DNA of 64,000 bases from an uncultured Actinomycetes bacterium (lineage in GTDB: Bacteria; Actinomycetota; Thermoleophilia; Gaiellales; Gaiellaceae): the NCBI GenBank assembly GCA_963848665.1, contig CAWKEF010000008.1, positions 165,184 through 229,183 on the forward strand, read 5' to 3'. The notes under the pieces are model-generated. The model was not told the origin of the DNA. It made no database searches and saw nothing but the letters and a program-made list of their open reading frames with translations. Positions 1 through 11,308 of the stretch are shown here, in pieces (within the stretch, counting starts at the first letter, position 1; each line of letters starts with the position of its first letter). The translations under genes and the position numbers were made by a program.

Positions 1-114
1 GTGTACCCCGCCCACGGAACCGTCGACGCCCTCGTCAGGGCCGCCGACGGTGCGCTCTACGACGCAAAGCGTTCGGGCAAAGACCGCGTCGCAGCCGCAG
101 CGGCTTCTACGTAG
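1..114 (+). CDS. 3' end of a GGDEF-domain diguanylate cyclase gene (5' part outside window)
   Basis: Frame 1 reads ...VRAADGALYDAKRSGKDRV... and stops at TAG 112-114. The ALY.AK..GK.R segment is typical of the C-terminal end of GGDEF domains. Confidence 0.55.
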   Translation: MYPAHGTVDALVRAADGALYDAKRSGKDRVAAAAAST

Positions 115-3100
115 CGGCCGGGCTCGTGACCGTCTCGGCGGAGGCCGGCCGCCCGGGAGCACCGGCCAGCTCGACCGCCTCGTCGAGTCCGAGTCTGCGA
201 CCGTTTGTGCGCTCGGCGTCGAACGCCGTGTCGCCGAGGCTCGCGCGAACCGGTGAGAGGAAGCGCTCGCCGACCAGCACTTCGAGCGGCGAGAGCGCCG
301 CTCCGGTCGTCTCGCGCAATGCCTCCGCCGCGCCGAGCAGACGGACGGCGTCGACGGGGCGCTCTTCACAGGCCAGCACCGCACTCAGCCCCTGGACGAC
401 CTCCGCCGTGACGCGACGGTCGTTGCGCTCCCGCGCGAGCCGGAGCGCGTCGAGGAAGAGCCCGCGTGCCGCGGTCGGATCGCCTCGGAGCAGCCGGACG
501 CGCGCGAGGTTCGCGAGCACGGCCGAGACGATCCACGTGTCCTTGACCGCACGGCCGAGAACGAGGCCCTCCTCGAGGAGCGCTGTCGCCTTGTCGTACT
601 CGCCCCGCAACAGGTCGACGCGGCCGAGGCTCAGCAGCGAGTTGGCGACGAGCCGCCGGTCGCCGAGCGCGCGCCGGAGCTCGAGCCCGCGTTCGTAGAG
701 GCGCACGGCCTCGGCGTAGTCGCCCGCCGTGACCGCGAGCTCGGCGAGCGTGCCGAGCGCTCCGGACTCGGTCAGCGCGTCTCCTGCCGCCTGCGCGAGC
801 TCGAGGCTGCTCTCGGCGAGCCCTTGCGCCTCGCTTTCGCCCGCGGCCATCGCGAGCCAGGCGAGCTGGGCGAGGGCGGCGCCGCGCGCACGGTCGTCGC
901 GCCGTCTCGAGGCTTCGCTCGAATGCCTGTCGAGCCTCAGCGAAGTCGCCTTCGCCGAGCGCCGTGTAGCCGGCGGCGAAATGCGCGCTCGCAAGGGTCG
1001 ACGGCGCGACCTCGCCGCCCGCCGCGAGCGCCTCGTTCAGCCAGCGGCGGCCTTCGCCCATGAGTCCGCGCGTGCTCCAGAAGCGAACGAGCATGCCGGC
1101 GAGCCGCAACGCGATCTCCGCGTTGCCGGCCTCGATCGCCCACGTGAGGGCGGCGCGGATGTTGTCGGCCTCCTCGTCGAGCCGACCGAGCCAGATCGCC
1201 TGGTTCGCGCGCGTGAGCTCGGGCTCGGCCGCCTCGACGAGCGCGAGGTACCGCTCGGCATGACGCTGCCGAAGCGGCTCGAGGGCGTCGCTCCGAGACG
1301 AGCCGTTCGCGCGCGAACTGCCGGATCGACTCGAGCAGGCCGAAGCGCGGCTCGCCGTCGCCGCCGTCCCACTGGCGGACGAGGCTCTTGTCGACGAGCG
1401 AGGCGATCGTGGTCGAGCACCGAGCCGATGCGCGCATCGTCCGCGCACACGGCGTCGGCGATCTCGAGCGAGCAGCCGCCGGAGAAGACGCCGAGCCGGC
1501 GCAAGCAGGCTCTGCTCTGCCGGATCGAGCAGGTTGTAGCTCCACTCGATCGCGGCGCGCAGCGTGCGCTGCCGCTCGGGCAGGTCGCCGGCGCCGCCGG
1601 TGAGCAGGTCGAGGCTCTCGCCGAGCCGCGCCAGGATCGCCTGCGGCGACAGGAGCTTCACGCGCGCAGCCGCGAGCTCGAGCGCGAGCGGCAGCCCGTC
1701 GAGCCGGCGCGCAGATCGCTTCGACCGCGCCGCGGTTGTCGTCGTCGAGCTCGAAGCTCGGCTTCACCGTCCTGCGCCCGCTGGACGAAGAGCTCGACGG
1801 CCGACGCGGGCTCGAGCGGCGGCACCGGGAACACGCGCTCCTCGCGGAGGTTGAGCGGCGCCTGGCTCGTCGCGAGCACGGTCAGCGCCCGGTGCGGCGA
1901 GCGAGCAGCTCGTGCGACGAACGCGCCGCGGGGAGCACCTGCTCGAAGTTGTCGAGCACGACGAGCGCCGGCTCGTCGATCAGCGTGCGGGCGAGCGACG
2001 TCGACGAGCGGCACGTCGGGCGACTCCTCGACGCCGAGCACGCGCGCGATCGCCGAGCCGACGAGCGCAGGGTCGGAGGTGGGGGCGAGGTCGACGAATG
2101 CGGCGTGCAGTGACGTCGTCCGCGAGCTCGGCTGCAGCGGCGAGCGCGAGCCGCGTCTTGCCGGTGCCGCCGAGGCCGGTGAGCGTCAGGAGCCGTGCAC
2201 GTCGGGCCGGCGCGCCAGCTCGACGACAGCGGCGAGCTCGGCACCGCGTCCGATCAGCGGCGTCGGCTGCGCGGCCGGCAGACCGCGGACGAGGCGTGCG
2301 CCCGCGCGTCTGCACGGTCGGCGCCCGTGGCGCGACTGGCGACTGCATGGCCGCCGAGCGCCGTGCGAACCGCCTCGATCAGCTCGCGGCAGCTGCCGAA
2401 CCGCTCTGTCGTTCGATCTTCGCGAGCGCGCGGCCGACCACAGCGTCGAGCGCCTCGGGCAGCTCGGGCCGCAGCTCGCTCACCGCGGCGCGGCATCGTG
2501 CAGCTGCGCGTGCATGACCGCAACATCGGTCTCCCGGTCGAACGGCTTCTTGCCCGGTGAGCGACTCGAAGAGCAGGCAGCCGAACGCGTAGATGTCGGC
2601 GGGCGGCCCGACCGCCTCGCCGCGGATCTGCTCGGGCGCCGCATAGTCGAGCGTGCCGACGAAGAAGCCGGTGCGCGTGAGGCCTCGCGCGCCGGCGCGC
2701 TTCGCGATCCCGAAGTCCGTGAGGTAGACGCGCCCGGCCTCTTCCTCGATCAGCACGTTCGCCGGCTTGACGTCGCGATGCACGAGCTCGTGTCGCGTGC
2801 GCGGAGTCGAGCGCGCCGGCCACCTGCTCGAGGATCGCGACCGCGCGCTCCGGCTCGAGCAGGCCCGTCGGTCGATCAGGCCCGCGCCAGGTCGCCGCCC
2901 GACACGTAGCGCATCGCGATGTAGACGATGCCGTCGACCTCGCCCGCGTCGTAGATCGGGATGATGCTCGGGTGGTCGAGCGCGCGACCATCTGCGACTC
3001 GGCGATGAACCGCTCGCGGAAGTCCCCGTCGCCGCGCGAGCGCGGGCAGCAGCGTCTTCAGCGCCGCCTTGCGGCCGAGGATCGCGTGCTCCGCCTCGTA

Positions 3101-3185
3101 GACCGTTCCCATGCCGCCCTGGCCGAGCGTGCCGGTGATCCGGTAGCCGGCGAGTGTGAGACCCAGGTCCGAGCGTTTCGGTCAC
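107..3185 (-). pseudogene. Ser/Thr protein kinase - NB-ARC/AAA ATPase - TPR signalling protein (PknK/AfsR-like STAND architecture), interrupted by multiple frameshifts
   Basis: Kinase motifs are split over three frames: GMGTVYEAEH and AALK in ORF 2876-3112; HRDVKPANV, DFG and GTLDYAAPE in ORF 2379-3185. ATPase and helical pieces lie in ORFs 1658-2041, 937-1767, 1037-1504 and 366-1661 (LPERQRTLRAAIEWSYNLL). TPR repeats lie in ORF 107-994. The pieces are colinear on the minus strand but need at least 5 frame changes. Confidence 0.8.
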
Positions 3186-3208
3186 GTACGATTATGCTAA
3201 GGCCCCGG

Positions 3209-3812
3209 ATGCCGGATTACGTACTCGAGATCGTCGAAGGGCCCGAGGCCGGTCGCCAGATCCCGCGTCGCGGGGCCGACCGTGCATCGGGCGCGACCCG
3301 AGCGCGGCGTTGCGCTGCTGCAGGACGAGCTGCTTTCGCGGCAGCATGTGAGGCTGACGCCCGGAGGCGGACGGCGTCGCGTCGAGGACCTCGACTCCCG
3401 AAACGGCACCTTCGTGGACGGCGATCAGATCTTCTCCCCGGCACACCTGGCCCCGGGCGGCCAGCTGCTGCTGGGCGTGACCGTGCTCCAGCTCGGGCTC
3501 GCGCCCGAGGCGGCGCGCGGCGCCACGTCGGTGCGCGCGATTCCCGCGAGCCTGACGACGCTCCGGCCGCTTCCCGCCGAAGGCTCGGTCGCAGTGACGG
3601 CGGAACGACGGGTGCCGACGCTGGCGACCCCGGAGGCGACGCCGGACTACGTCCCGGCACTCGCTCGTCCGCGCCGGCGAGCAGCGGGCCGGGAGCCGCG
3701 GATCTGCTCACGCTGCTCGACGTGCACACGAAGGGCAAGGCGCGCGGAGCACCCATCGGGATCTTCGTCCTGTGCGTGTTCGCCGATCGTGCTCTATCTC
3801 GCGCTGCGTTAG
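3209..3812 (+). pseudogene. FHA-domain protein with C-terminal membrane anchor, frameshifted
   Basis: The ATG at 3209 gives MPDYVLEIVEGPEAG (frame of ORF 2972-4756). The FHA core SRQHVRL...LDSRNGTFVDG is in the frame of ORF 3282-3812. The hydrophobic C-terminus is split between both frames. Confidence 0.6.
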
Positions 3813-3853
3813 TCCGGCTTCGTCGTCAACGCGAAGGGCGGCGCCCGGGGCGG

Positions 3854-4397
3854 CTAATGGTGCGCCGCGAAATAGATGATCAACGCGGCCGCCGTCGCTG
3901 CGACGACGCCCCAGGACATCAGCATCGGGAAGAGCTGACGGCTCGCGATACCGCGTCGCGGGCGGCCGGCTGCCGGAGCCGCATGGGCGCCGAACGGCTC
4001 GGCGGGGACGCCGGGCGACGACGACACCGCCGGCGCGGCGACGACAGGCGCGGCGACGGTAGGAGCAGACGGGCGAGCAGAGGGGACAGGAGACGCGACC
4101 GTCTCGGCGGAGCGCGGCGCCTCGATCGCGAACACGCTGCGGCCCAGCTTGAGCGAGTCGCCGCCGGCGAGACGGGTCGCCGCGTCGATCTTGCGTCCGT
4201 TCACGAACGTGCCGTTCCGCGAGCCGAGATCCTCGATCTCGACGGCGGTCCCGACGAGGCGCACGACGGCGTGCCGGCGCGAGAGCTCCTCGTCGTCGAT
4301 CGTCAAGCCGGCGTCCTCGCGGCCGATCACGAGCTCGCCGTTCGAGCTCGATGCGCCGGCCGGCGAGCGGGCCTTCCGTCACGACGAGGACGCTCAC
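3854..4397 (-). pseudogene. FHA-domain protein with Pro/Ala linker and C-terminal TM helix (one frameshift near 4335)
   Basis: The GTG at 4397 overlaps the kinase stop (GTGA) and gives [18 protein letters not shown]. The frame then changes into ORF 3854-4330, which carries the FHA core SRRHAVV...LGSRNGTFVNG and the tail WGVVAATAAALIIYFAA. Confidence 0.7.
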
Positions 4398-5264
4398 AGC
4401 GCGGCCTCCGCGGCGCCGAGCAGGTCGGCAAAGGCTGCAGCCCCGTCCGGCCGGTCGCCCGGAGCCTTCTCGAGCGCGGCGAGGATCGCGGCCGAGAGCC
4501 CTGCTGGAAGCTCGGGGTGCTTCTCGCGCGGATCGGTGGGGGCCTCCTCGAGGTGAGCGAGCCCGACCTCGAAGAACGACTTGTGCGCAAACGGCGCCGC
4601 GCCGACGACGCACTCGTACGCGACGCAGCCGAGCGCGTAGAGATCGCTCTGCGGCGTTGCGGGATCGCCTCGGATCAGCTCGGGAGCGAGGTAGTCGAGT
4701 GTCCCCATGACCTGGCCGGGTTGGGTCAGCACGGTGTAGGCACGTCCTTTCGCTAGGCCGAAATCGGTGAGCTTCGCAGAGCCGTCCAGCGCAAAGAGCA
4801 CGTTGCCCGGCTTGACGTCGCGGTGGACGATGCCCGCACCGTGCAGGGCGTGGAGGCCGAGCGCGACGTCCGACATCACGCGCGCGGTGTCGGCCGCGGG
4901 CAGCGTGCCGTCGGCCTGGAGCCGGTCGGCGAGGGAGCCGCCCGCCAGGTACGCGACGGCGAGGTACTGGATACCCGTCCGCCTCTCCGGCCTCGAGAAT
5001 GGGGACGAGGTGCTCGTCCGCGACCTCGGCGGCGGCGCGCGCCTCCTGCCGGAAGCGCTGCTGGAAGACGTAGTCGCCCGCGAGCTCGGGCTTCAAGATC
5101 TTCAGCGCAACCTCGGTGTCGTCGCCTGCGCGGCGCGCACCGTAGACGCGGCCCATTCCGCCCTCGCCGAGCACCGACTCGATTCGATATGCCCCGACCG
5201 TGTCGCCGAGCCCCAGGTCTCCTGCCATCGCGTGAACCATAAGCGTTTTCACGCCGTCCGACAC
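4394..5264 (-). pseudogene. Ser/Thr protein kinase (Hanks type), one frameshift near 4.9-5.0 kb
   Basis: The N-lobe LGEGGMGRVY and VALKIL is in the frame of ORF 3708-5264. The catalytic part [16 protein letters not shown] and GTLDYLAPE is in ORF 4394-4879. Confidence 0.8.
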
Positions 5265-5289
5265 CCCTCTTGTGTCGCGTTCCCCGCCG

Positions 5290-5742
5290 TCACCGCCAGC
5301 GTTGCGGATCGCGGAGCCTGCGAGCCTCGCCGAGCAGAAGGCGATACATCACCGCCGGGTGGGCGAGGAGAAACGGCTGCAGCTCCTCCCGCGGCAGGAC
5401 GAGGCAGTGCAGGGCGGTCGTCGCGACGACGTCCGAGATCGACGGCTCGTCGAAGAGGATCGACAGCTCGCCGAACCAGTCGCCGCGCTTGAGCCGCAAC
5501 GGCTTCGTCGTTGCGAGCCGCGTCGCCGTGCGGTCGGCGACGTGTCCGTCGACGCGCCACTCGGCCTCGCCGTCGACGATGACGTGGAAGCCGCTGCCCG
5601 CGAAACCCTGCCGCTCCGCGCGCTCACCCGGCTCGAACCACTGCTCCTCGAATGTCCGTCCCGCCGTCTCGAGCTGCGCCGGCGTCAGATCTGCAAAGAG
5701 GGCGAGGCCAGCGAGCTTCGATTCGACATCGATCCGGCTCAC
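5290..5742 (-). CDS. stand-alone cyclic-nucleotide-binding (cNMP/CAP effector) domain protein
   Basis: Intact 150-aa ORF with LFADL...FGELS...cNMP-domain pattern. It is a paralogue of 10904-11308; both end in ...RWR. Confidence 0.8.
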   Translation of the reverse strand: MSRIDVESKLAGLALFADLTPAQLETAGRTFEEQWFEPGERAERQGFAGSGFHVIVDGEAEWRVDGHVADRTATRLATTKPLRLKRGDWFGELSILFDEPSISDVVATTALHCLVLPREELQPFLLAHPAVMYRLLLGEARRLRDPQRWR

Positions 5743-5844
5743 GACGTGGCGAGCCTATCGCCGCGCAGCACCGGGTTCAATCGCCCGTTGTGGTTGCCCA
5801 CGGCCTCCGGCTCGTTCCCCGAACCGGAGGCCGTGGGCCGGCCG

Positions 5845-8476
5845 TCAGCTGCTGCGCGGCCCCGCGTACGACCAGGAGAACCGCGTCACGTCGGCATTGC
5901 GCGGTGCGAGTGCGCCTGGCCGCGTCCCGCGGCGGACGAACAGGATCGGCGCCGGCGCTGCCTTCGCGATCGCCGCGCGGAGCTCACCGAGGCCCTCGTC
6001 CCGCCAGCGGTCGGAGAGGCCGATCACGAGCAGGCCCGCGCCGCTGTGTCGCCTGCAGCAAGCCGCCGCTCGACGAGATCGACGAGGACCGGCTCGGTCG
6101 TGATGCCGGCGAACTGCTGGACGACGAGCGAGGCCGAGCCGAGCACGCGGCTCGCGTCGCCCTGGCCGTTGCCGTTGCCGCCGCCCTTCGCGCCGAGCAG
6201 CTTCAGCGGCGCCTTGCGTCGCCGGCCGCGATCCACGCCGCCAGCTCGAGCGCAGCCCAGTCGTGGTCGCCGCCGCCGAACGGGGTCATGACCGGGTGCT
6301 CGGCATCGATCGGCGGCCGTCGTGCGGTCTCGACGAGCACCGCGACGTCGCACGGCGCCTCGGCGAGGACGTGACCGACGGCGCCGCGCGGGACGCCGCC
6401 GCCGAGGAGCGGCCGCCGGCCGTCGAGCATGATCAGGTCGACCTCCTGCTCCGACGCGAGCCGAACGTAGTCCTGGCCCGGAAGGATCGAGTTGAATGCG
6501 ATCGCCCTCGCCGTGATGCCGTGCGCGACGAGCTCGTCCCGGCGTTCGTTCAGCCTCTTCGGTCGACTCCGTCACATCGTCGGCGTCGCGCGTCACGCCG
6601 GTGACGAAGCGGTCGGGCACGATCAGCTGGGCGATGATGATCTCGCGCGGCGGGCTCCGACTTCGCGAGCGGCTCCGCGAGTCGCGAGCAGGGCGTCGAG
6701 ATTCGCTCGGGATCCTGCGGCGCGACGAGGATCGACTTCGTCGGCACCTTCGTCTCGCCGGTCGCGCGCGGCGCCCGGCGCAGCTCTTCCTCGACCGGCT
6801 CGGAGAGCTCGCTGCCGCGGGTCGACGAGCTGCAGGATCGGGCCGGCCATGAACGTCGTCACGAGCGCCATCACGACGAGCATCGTGAAGAGCTGGTGCG
6901 AGATGACCCCGAGGTCGAGCCCGATGTTCAGCACGATCAGCTCGGTCAGGCCGCGGGTGTTCATGAGCGTCCCGATGGCGACGGAGTCGCGAAGGGAGAA
7001 GCGGCCGTAGCGCGCCGCGAGCATCGCGCCGAAGAACTTGCCGACGATCGCGACGGCGATCAGCACCAGGGTCAGCACCCAGAGGATCGGCCGGTTCAGC
7101 GCGTTCACCTGCGTCTTCAGGCCCGTGACCACGAAGAACAACGGCAGCAGGACGAGCACGACGAAGTTCTCGAACTTTGCGCTGACGTCCGCGGTGAGGC
7201 CCGCGCGCCTCGGCATGATCAGGCCGAGCAGGAACGCGCCGAAGATCGCCGCGATGCCGATCTGCTGCGCGGTGAACGCCGACAGCGAGCACTGCGACGA
7301 AGATGATCCCGAGCCAGAACATCGGCACCGTCCCGACCTCGTCGTAGGCCTTCGAGACGCGGCCGAGCAGCGGCCGCCCGATGACGATGAGCAGCAGCCG
7401 TGAACGCGGCGGCGAGCACGATCACCTGGATCGCGTGGGTTGCGTTGCCGGTGCCGGCGACGGCCGTCGCGAGCGCCAGGAGGCCCCACGCGGTCACGTC
7501 GTCGATCGCCGCGCTCGCCGAGCGCGAGAGCGCCGACCGGCTTCTTGAGCATCCGCCGCTCGATCAGGATCCGCGCGAGCACCGGGAACGCCGTGATCGA
7601 CATCGCGACGCCCATGAAGAGCGCGAACGGCAGGTAGCGGACGTTCGGCGAGAGCAGCTTGTAGATCGGCAGCGCGATGAGGAATCCGAGCCCCATCGGG
7701 AACGCGACGCTCGTGTTCGAGATGAAGGCGGCCTGCCCGACCTTGCCGCGCAAGGCGCGCGGGTCGAGCTCCATGCCGACGAGGAACAGGTAGAACGCGA
7801 GCCCGATCTGGGCCGCCCCGGACAAGCAGCGGCACGATGTCCGGCGGGAAGAAGTAGTTCTTGCGCCGCGGGCCAGACGACGCCGAGCAGCGTCGGCCCG
7901 AGGAGGATGCCGGCGAGCACCTCGCCCATGACGCGCGGCTGGCCGAGACGGCGACGTGATGGCGCCGACGAGGCGCGCGGCAAGGAGCACGGCGGCGATC
8001 GCGATCATCAACCGTCCGAACGTCTGCTCGCTCGTCCGCTTGGGCGGCGGCTTCGCCGAGGAGCCCGGCGCCGGCAGCGGGGCCGTGAACTTCGCGGTCA
8101 CCGCCGACCCGCCGATCTGTCCGGTGAGGGTCTGTCCTGCGACGGCGAGATTGAGCGCGGCCGTGCCGCCGGTGAGGCAGTGCGCGTTTCCGGTCAAGTG
8201 CCCGCTGCGCAGGCGGAGCTTGCCCGAGGGTCCGCCGCTGAGATCGACGAACTGTCCCGACTGGTCGAGCTTGAAGCTCTTGCCGAGACACGCGGACGAG
8301 GAGCTGTAGAACCCGGCCACCGACGGCTCGGCATGACGGCCGTGGCCGATCCCGATCGACGTCGCGATCGCCGCGGCGAGAAACGCGCCGACGGCAACGT
8401 AACCCGCGACGAGCCGCGCCCCTTTCAGGCTGTCGGTCTTCTCCGCCGGAACCACCGATGCCCCAACAGTTGCCAC
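5845..8476 (-). pseudogene. CPA2-family cation/H+ antiporter (Kef/NapA-like) with extra N-terminal domain and C-terminal Usp-like region, multiple frameshifts
   Basis: The GTG at 8476 is preceded by GAGGAGGAG. Transporter segments (VMGEVLAGILLGP, QIGLAFYLFLVGMELD, AFPVLARIL, FFVVTGL) are spread over ORFs 6623-8590, 7564-7983, 7494-8870 and 6024-7328. The C-terminal pieces are in ORFs 6203-6430 and 5845-6027 (ILFVRRG.RPGALAP). Confidence 0.8.
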
Positions 8477-8540
8477 TACTCCTCCTCTTCGGGTTACGAT
8501 GCCGGATAGACGACCGTGAAGATACGACTTCTTTTTCGCG

Positions 8541-8873
8541 ATGTCTAGTGCATCTTCGAACCACAACGGTTCCTGGACCTTCGTGACCAATCACGCGGCG
8601 GTCCTCGTCTGCATCGCGCGCGATCCCGAGATCCGGCTGCGCGACGTCGCCGAACGGGTCGGGATCACCGAGCGGGCCGCGCAACGGATCGTCGCCGACC
8701 TCGCGAACGAGGGCTACCTGACGCGGCAGGCCAACGGCCGCCGCAACACGTACAAGCTCGAGACCGGCCGCGCGATGCGTCACAGGCTCGCCCGCCACCG
8801 CGTGATCGGGGACCTGCTCGACCTGATGCTGGACGGGCTGGACCTCGAGGAGCTCGACTCGCAGCGGCACTAG
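8541..8873 (+). CDS. winged-helix (MarR/ArsR-like) transcriptional regulator
   Basis: Intact 110-aa ORF with an HTH-like segment LRDVAERVGITERAAQRIVADLANEGYL. It is divergent from the antiporter gene. Confidence 0.65.
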   Translation: MSSASSNHNGSWTFVTNHAAVLVCIARDPEIRLRDVAERVGITERAAQRIVADLANEGYLTRQANGRRNTYKLETGRAMRHRLARHRVIGDLLDLMLDGLDLEELDSQRH

Positions 8874-8940
8874 CCGATCGGCGTGATGGCGCCCGCAGGA
8901 CTATGCGCGCACTGAACTAGAAACCGGCGCGCGACAACGG

Positions 8941-8946
8941 TAGCCT
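8941..8946 (+). promoter_or_regulatory. -10-like hexamer TAGCCT, 7 nt upstream of ATG 8954 (leaderless-type start)
   Basis: TANNNT hexamer directly upstream of the start codon, with no Shine-Dalgarno sequence. Confidence 0.4.
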
Positions 8947-8953
8947 TGCGCGC

Positions 8954-10312
8954 ATGCCACTCTCATCGCCTCGCGATTCGACCATCGCCGTCGTCGGCGA
9001 CGGCTTCGGCTCGCTCATCGTCTATGCGACCGCCGTGTACCTCGGCTTCCGTCCCGAGCAGATCACGATCTACGGGATCGAACGACCACCCGGTCAAGAC
9101 CTACGAGCAGTTCGCCTACAACCTCGGGCAGACCGTGCTCCGCTCGGAGTCGGAATCCCACTTCCTGCCGGCCGACTGGCCGACCTTCGCGGAGCTCGAG
9201 AGCTGGTCGCGCCGGAGTCTGGCGCCGCTCGTTCGCTCCGCCCGGCGCCGCTACAACCCGGGGCTGCCGGACATCATGGCCGAAGCGCGGATCGTCGCCC
9301 GCCGCCTCGGCTGGGACGACCAGCGCTACCCGGCCAAGGTGGGCTGGCTGCAGCGCGGGGAGCACGAACGGAGACGCGCCGCATTTCGTCCTCTTCGACG
9401 AGGAGGCCCGCTACATCGGCCGCGCGAAGCACGTCATGCTCGCCTGCGGCCACGGGCCGCTCTCGTTCCCGCCGGCGCTCGCGAAGGCGCGGCAGGATCC
9501 GGCGATGGCCGACCGAATCGTCCAGGCCTACGCGCCGAAGGAGTACGACCCCACCGGCCGCTACATCGTGATCGGCTCGGGGATCGCGTCGGTCAACGAG
9601 TGGGCGAACGTGATCGACGTCGGTGCGAAGTGCATCTCGCTCGTCCGCAATCCGACGCCGGACGAGCAGGACCTGAACACGCCGCGCTGCTTCTTCGAGG
9701 CGTTCGGCATCGACGCCTTCCAGGCGCTCGACTTCGACCAGCGCATCGAGTTTCTCGGCCGCATCCTCAAGGGAACCTCTCCGACACGGCGCGGCTGGGA
9801 CTCGAAGATCGCGCAGGGCCGCGCGGAGGGCCGCTTCGAGCAGCTGATCGGTGAGATCGACGAGGTCAAGAAGGGGCCGCTCGGCCTGCGCGTGCACGTC
9901 TCGAGCGCAGCAAGGCGAGGATCCCGGCTGGCTCGACGTCACCGGCGTCGTCGCCGGCACCGGCTTCAACAAGTCCGCGCTCTCCGTGCCGCTGCTGCGA
10001 CGCGTGATCGAGTTCTACAAGGTGCCGATCGAAGGTGGACGGATCAAGCTGCAGTCGAACTGCGGCCTGCCGGGGCTCGACCGTCCCGACTCGCGCTGCG
10101 CCGCGATGGGCATCCATGCGAACAGCGTCATCACGCACGGCGACACGATCGCGGGCCTCAAGTACATCGGCCGGCGGTTCGTCGCCGACTGCTTCGAGGC
10201 CGAGAAGCCGAAGGCACGCCGGTTGCCGTCGCGGCTCGCGATGCAGCTCGCGCTCGCGAACGAGACCGCCAAAGCGCTCCGCCAGGTGCGCCACGTGGAG
10301 CAGCTCGCCTGA
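8954..10312 (+). pseudogene. FAD/NAD(P)-binding oxidoreductase (two Rossmann GxGxxG motifs), frameshifted
   Basis: Colinear pieces are in ORFs 8954-9571 (IAVVGDGFGS), 8946-9854, 9436-10446 (YIVIGSGIAS) and 9851-10312. At least 3 frame changes are needed. Confidence 0.6.
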
Positions 10313-10898
10313 TGTGCCCGACAGTGCTCGGCCGCGTGCAGACCCGGGTCGCGATTCTCATCGGCCCGGCGATCCTCGCCGACGAATCCTCTCCGCGATC
10401 ACGCGCAACGAGGGCTGGATCGTCACGATCGGGATCTACCTGCTGATGGGCGTCGCGCTCGACGCCGCCGTCTATCCGTATCTGATCCGCTGGCAGCCGC
10501 CGTGGCTCACGGGTGTGCTCGCCGTGGGGGAGTTCGTGCTCCTGTTCGTGCTCGTCAAGGTGCTGAAGCCGGGCCACGCGCCGTACGGGGATCCGCACCA
10601 CTTCCTCGGAGCGAACGACTGGCGCCCGATCCTGCTCTACTGGGTGAGCTGGATGCTCGCGGTCGCGACGAAGATCGTCGTCCTGCCGCTCATCTCGCTC
10701 TCGTGGATCGAGAACGGCGGCGAGTTCCGCACGGTCGGCTGGTCGGTTGCGCCGGAGTACCAGCCGCTTCCGTTGATCGCGGCAATCGACGAACGTCCGT
10801 CGGACCGGAGCCTCTTGCGCGAGTTCTCGTCCGTCCATGCAGTGCCGGACGCCCAGCTGGCACGGCCGCTCTCCGGCGCGCATCGCGTCTCGAGCTGA
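10312..10898 (+). pseudogene. polytopic membrane protein of unknown function (one frameshift near 10385)
   Basis: The ATG at 10312 overlaps the upstream stop (TGATG). The hydrophobic segments of ORF 10035-10898 ([38 protein letters not shown]) continue the short N-terminal piece in the frame of ORF 9436-10446. Confidence 0.5.
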
Positions 10899-10903
10899 CG
10901 CTC

Positions 10904-11308
10904 GTGGCCGACAGCCTGGCACGGCACGCGCTCTTCGCCGACGTGCCCGCCGACGAGCTCGATGCGCTGACCGGAGAGATCGGCGTACGGGAGTTCGGCG
11001 AGGGCGAGTGGGTCTTGCGCGCCGGCGAGGCGAACAGCGGGCTGCACGTCATCCTCGAAGGCGAGGCAGGGGTCGTCATCGACGGCGTCGAGCGCACGGT
11101 GATCCACTCCGGGATGTTCTTCGGCGAGATCTCGGCTCTCCTCGACGAGCCGATCGCGGCGGACGTGTTCGCGCGGACGCCGTTGCGGTGCGCGGTGATC
11201 GACCGGACGGACCTGTTCCCGTTTCTGCTCGCCAACCCGAGTGTGACGCTCCGCCTCCTGCAGGCCGAGGTTCGGCGCCTCGCGGACACGAATCGATGGC
11301 GGGCATAA
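10904..11308 (+). CDS. stand-alone cyclic-nucleotide-binding domain protein (paralogue of 5290-5742)
   Basis: GTG at 10904. LFADVPADELD...FFGEISAL...RLLQAEVRRLADTNRWRA aligns along its length with the 5290-5742 product. Confidence 0.75.
   Translation: MADSLARHALFADVPADELDALTGEIGVREFGEGEWVLRAGEANSGLHVILEGEAGVVIDGVERTVIHSGMFFGEISALLDEPIAADVFARTPLRCAVIDRTDLFPFLLANPSVTLRLLQAEVRRLADTNRWRA

Noticed and set aside
729-2909. 726-aa ORF on the plus strand
   Set aside because: It is antisense to the kinase-NB-ARC-TPR gene. Its composition is Arg/Ala/Ser-rich and it has no recognisable domain.
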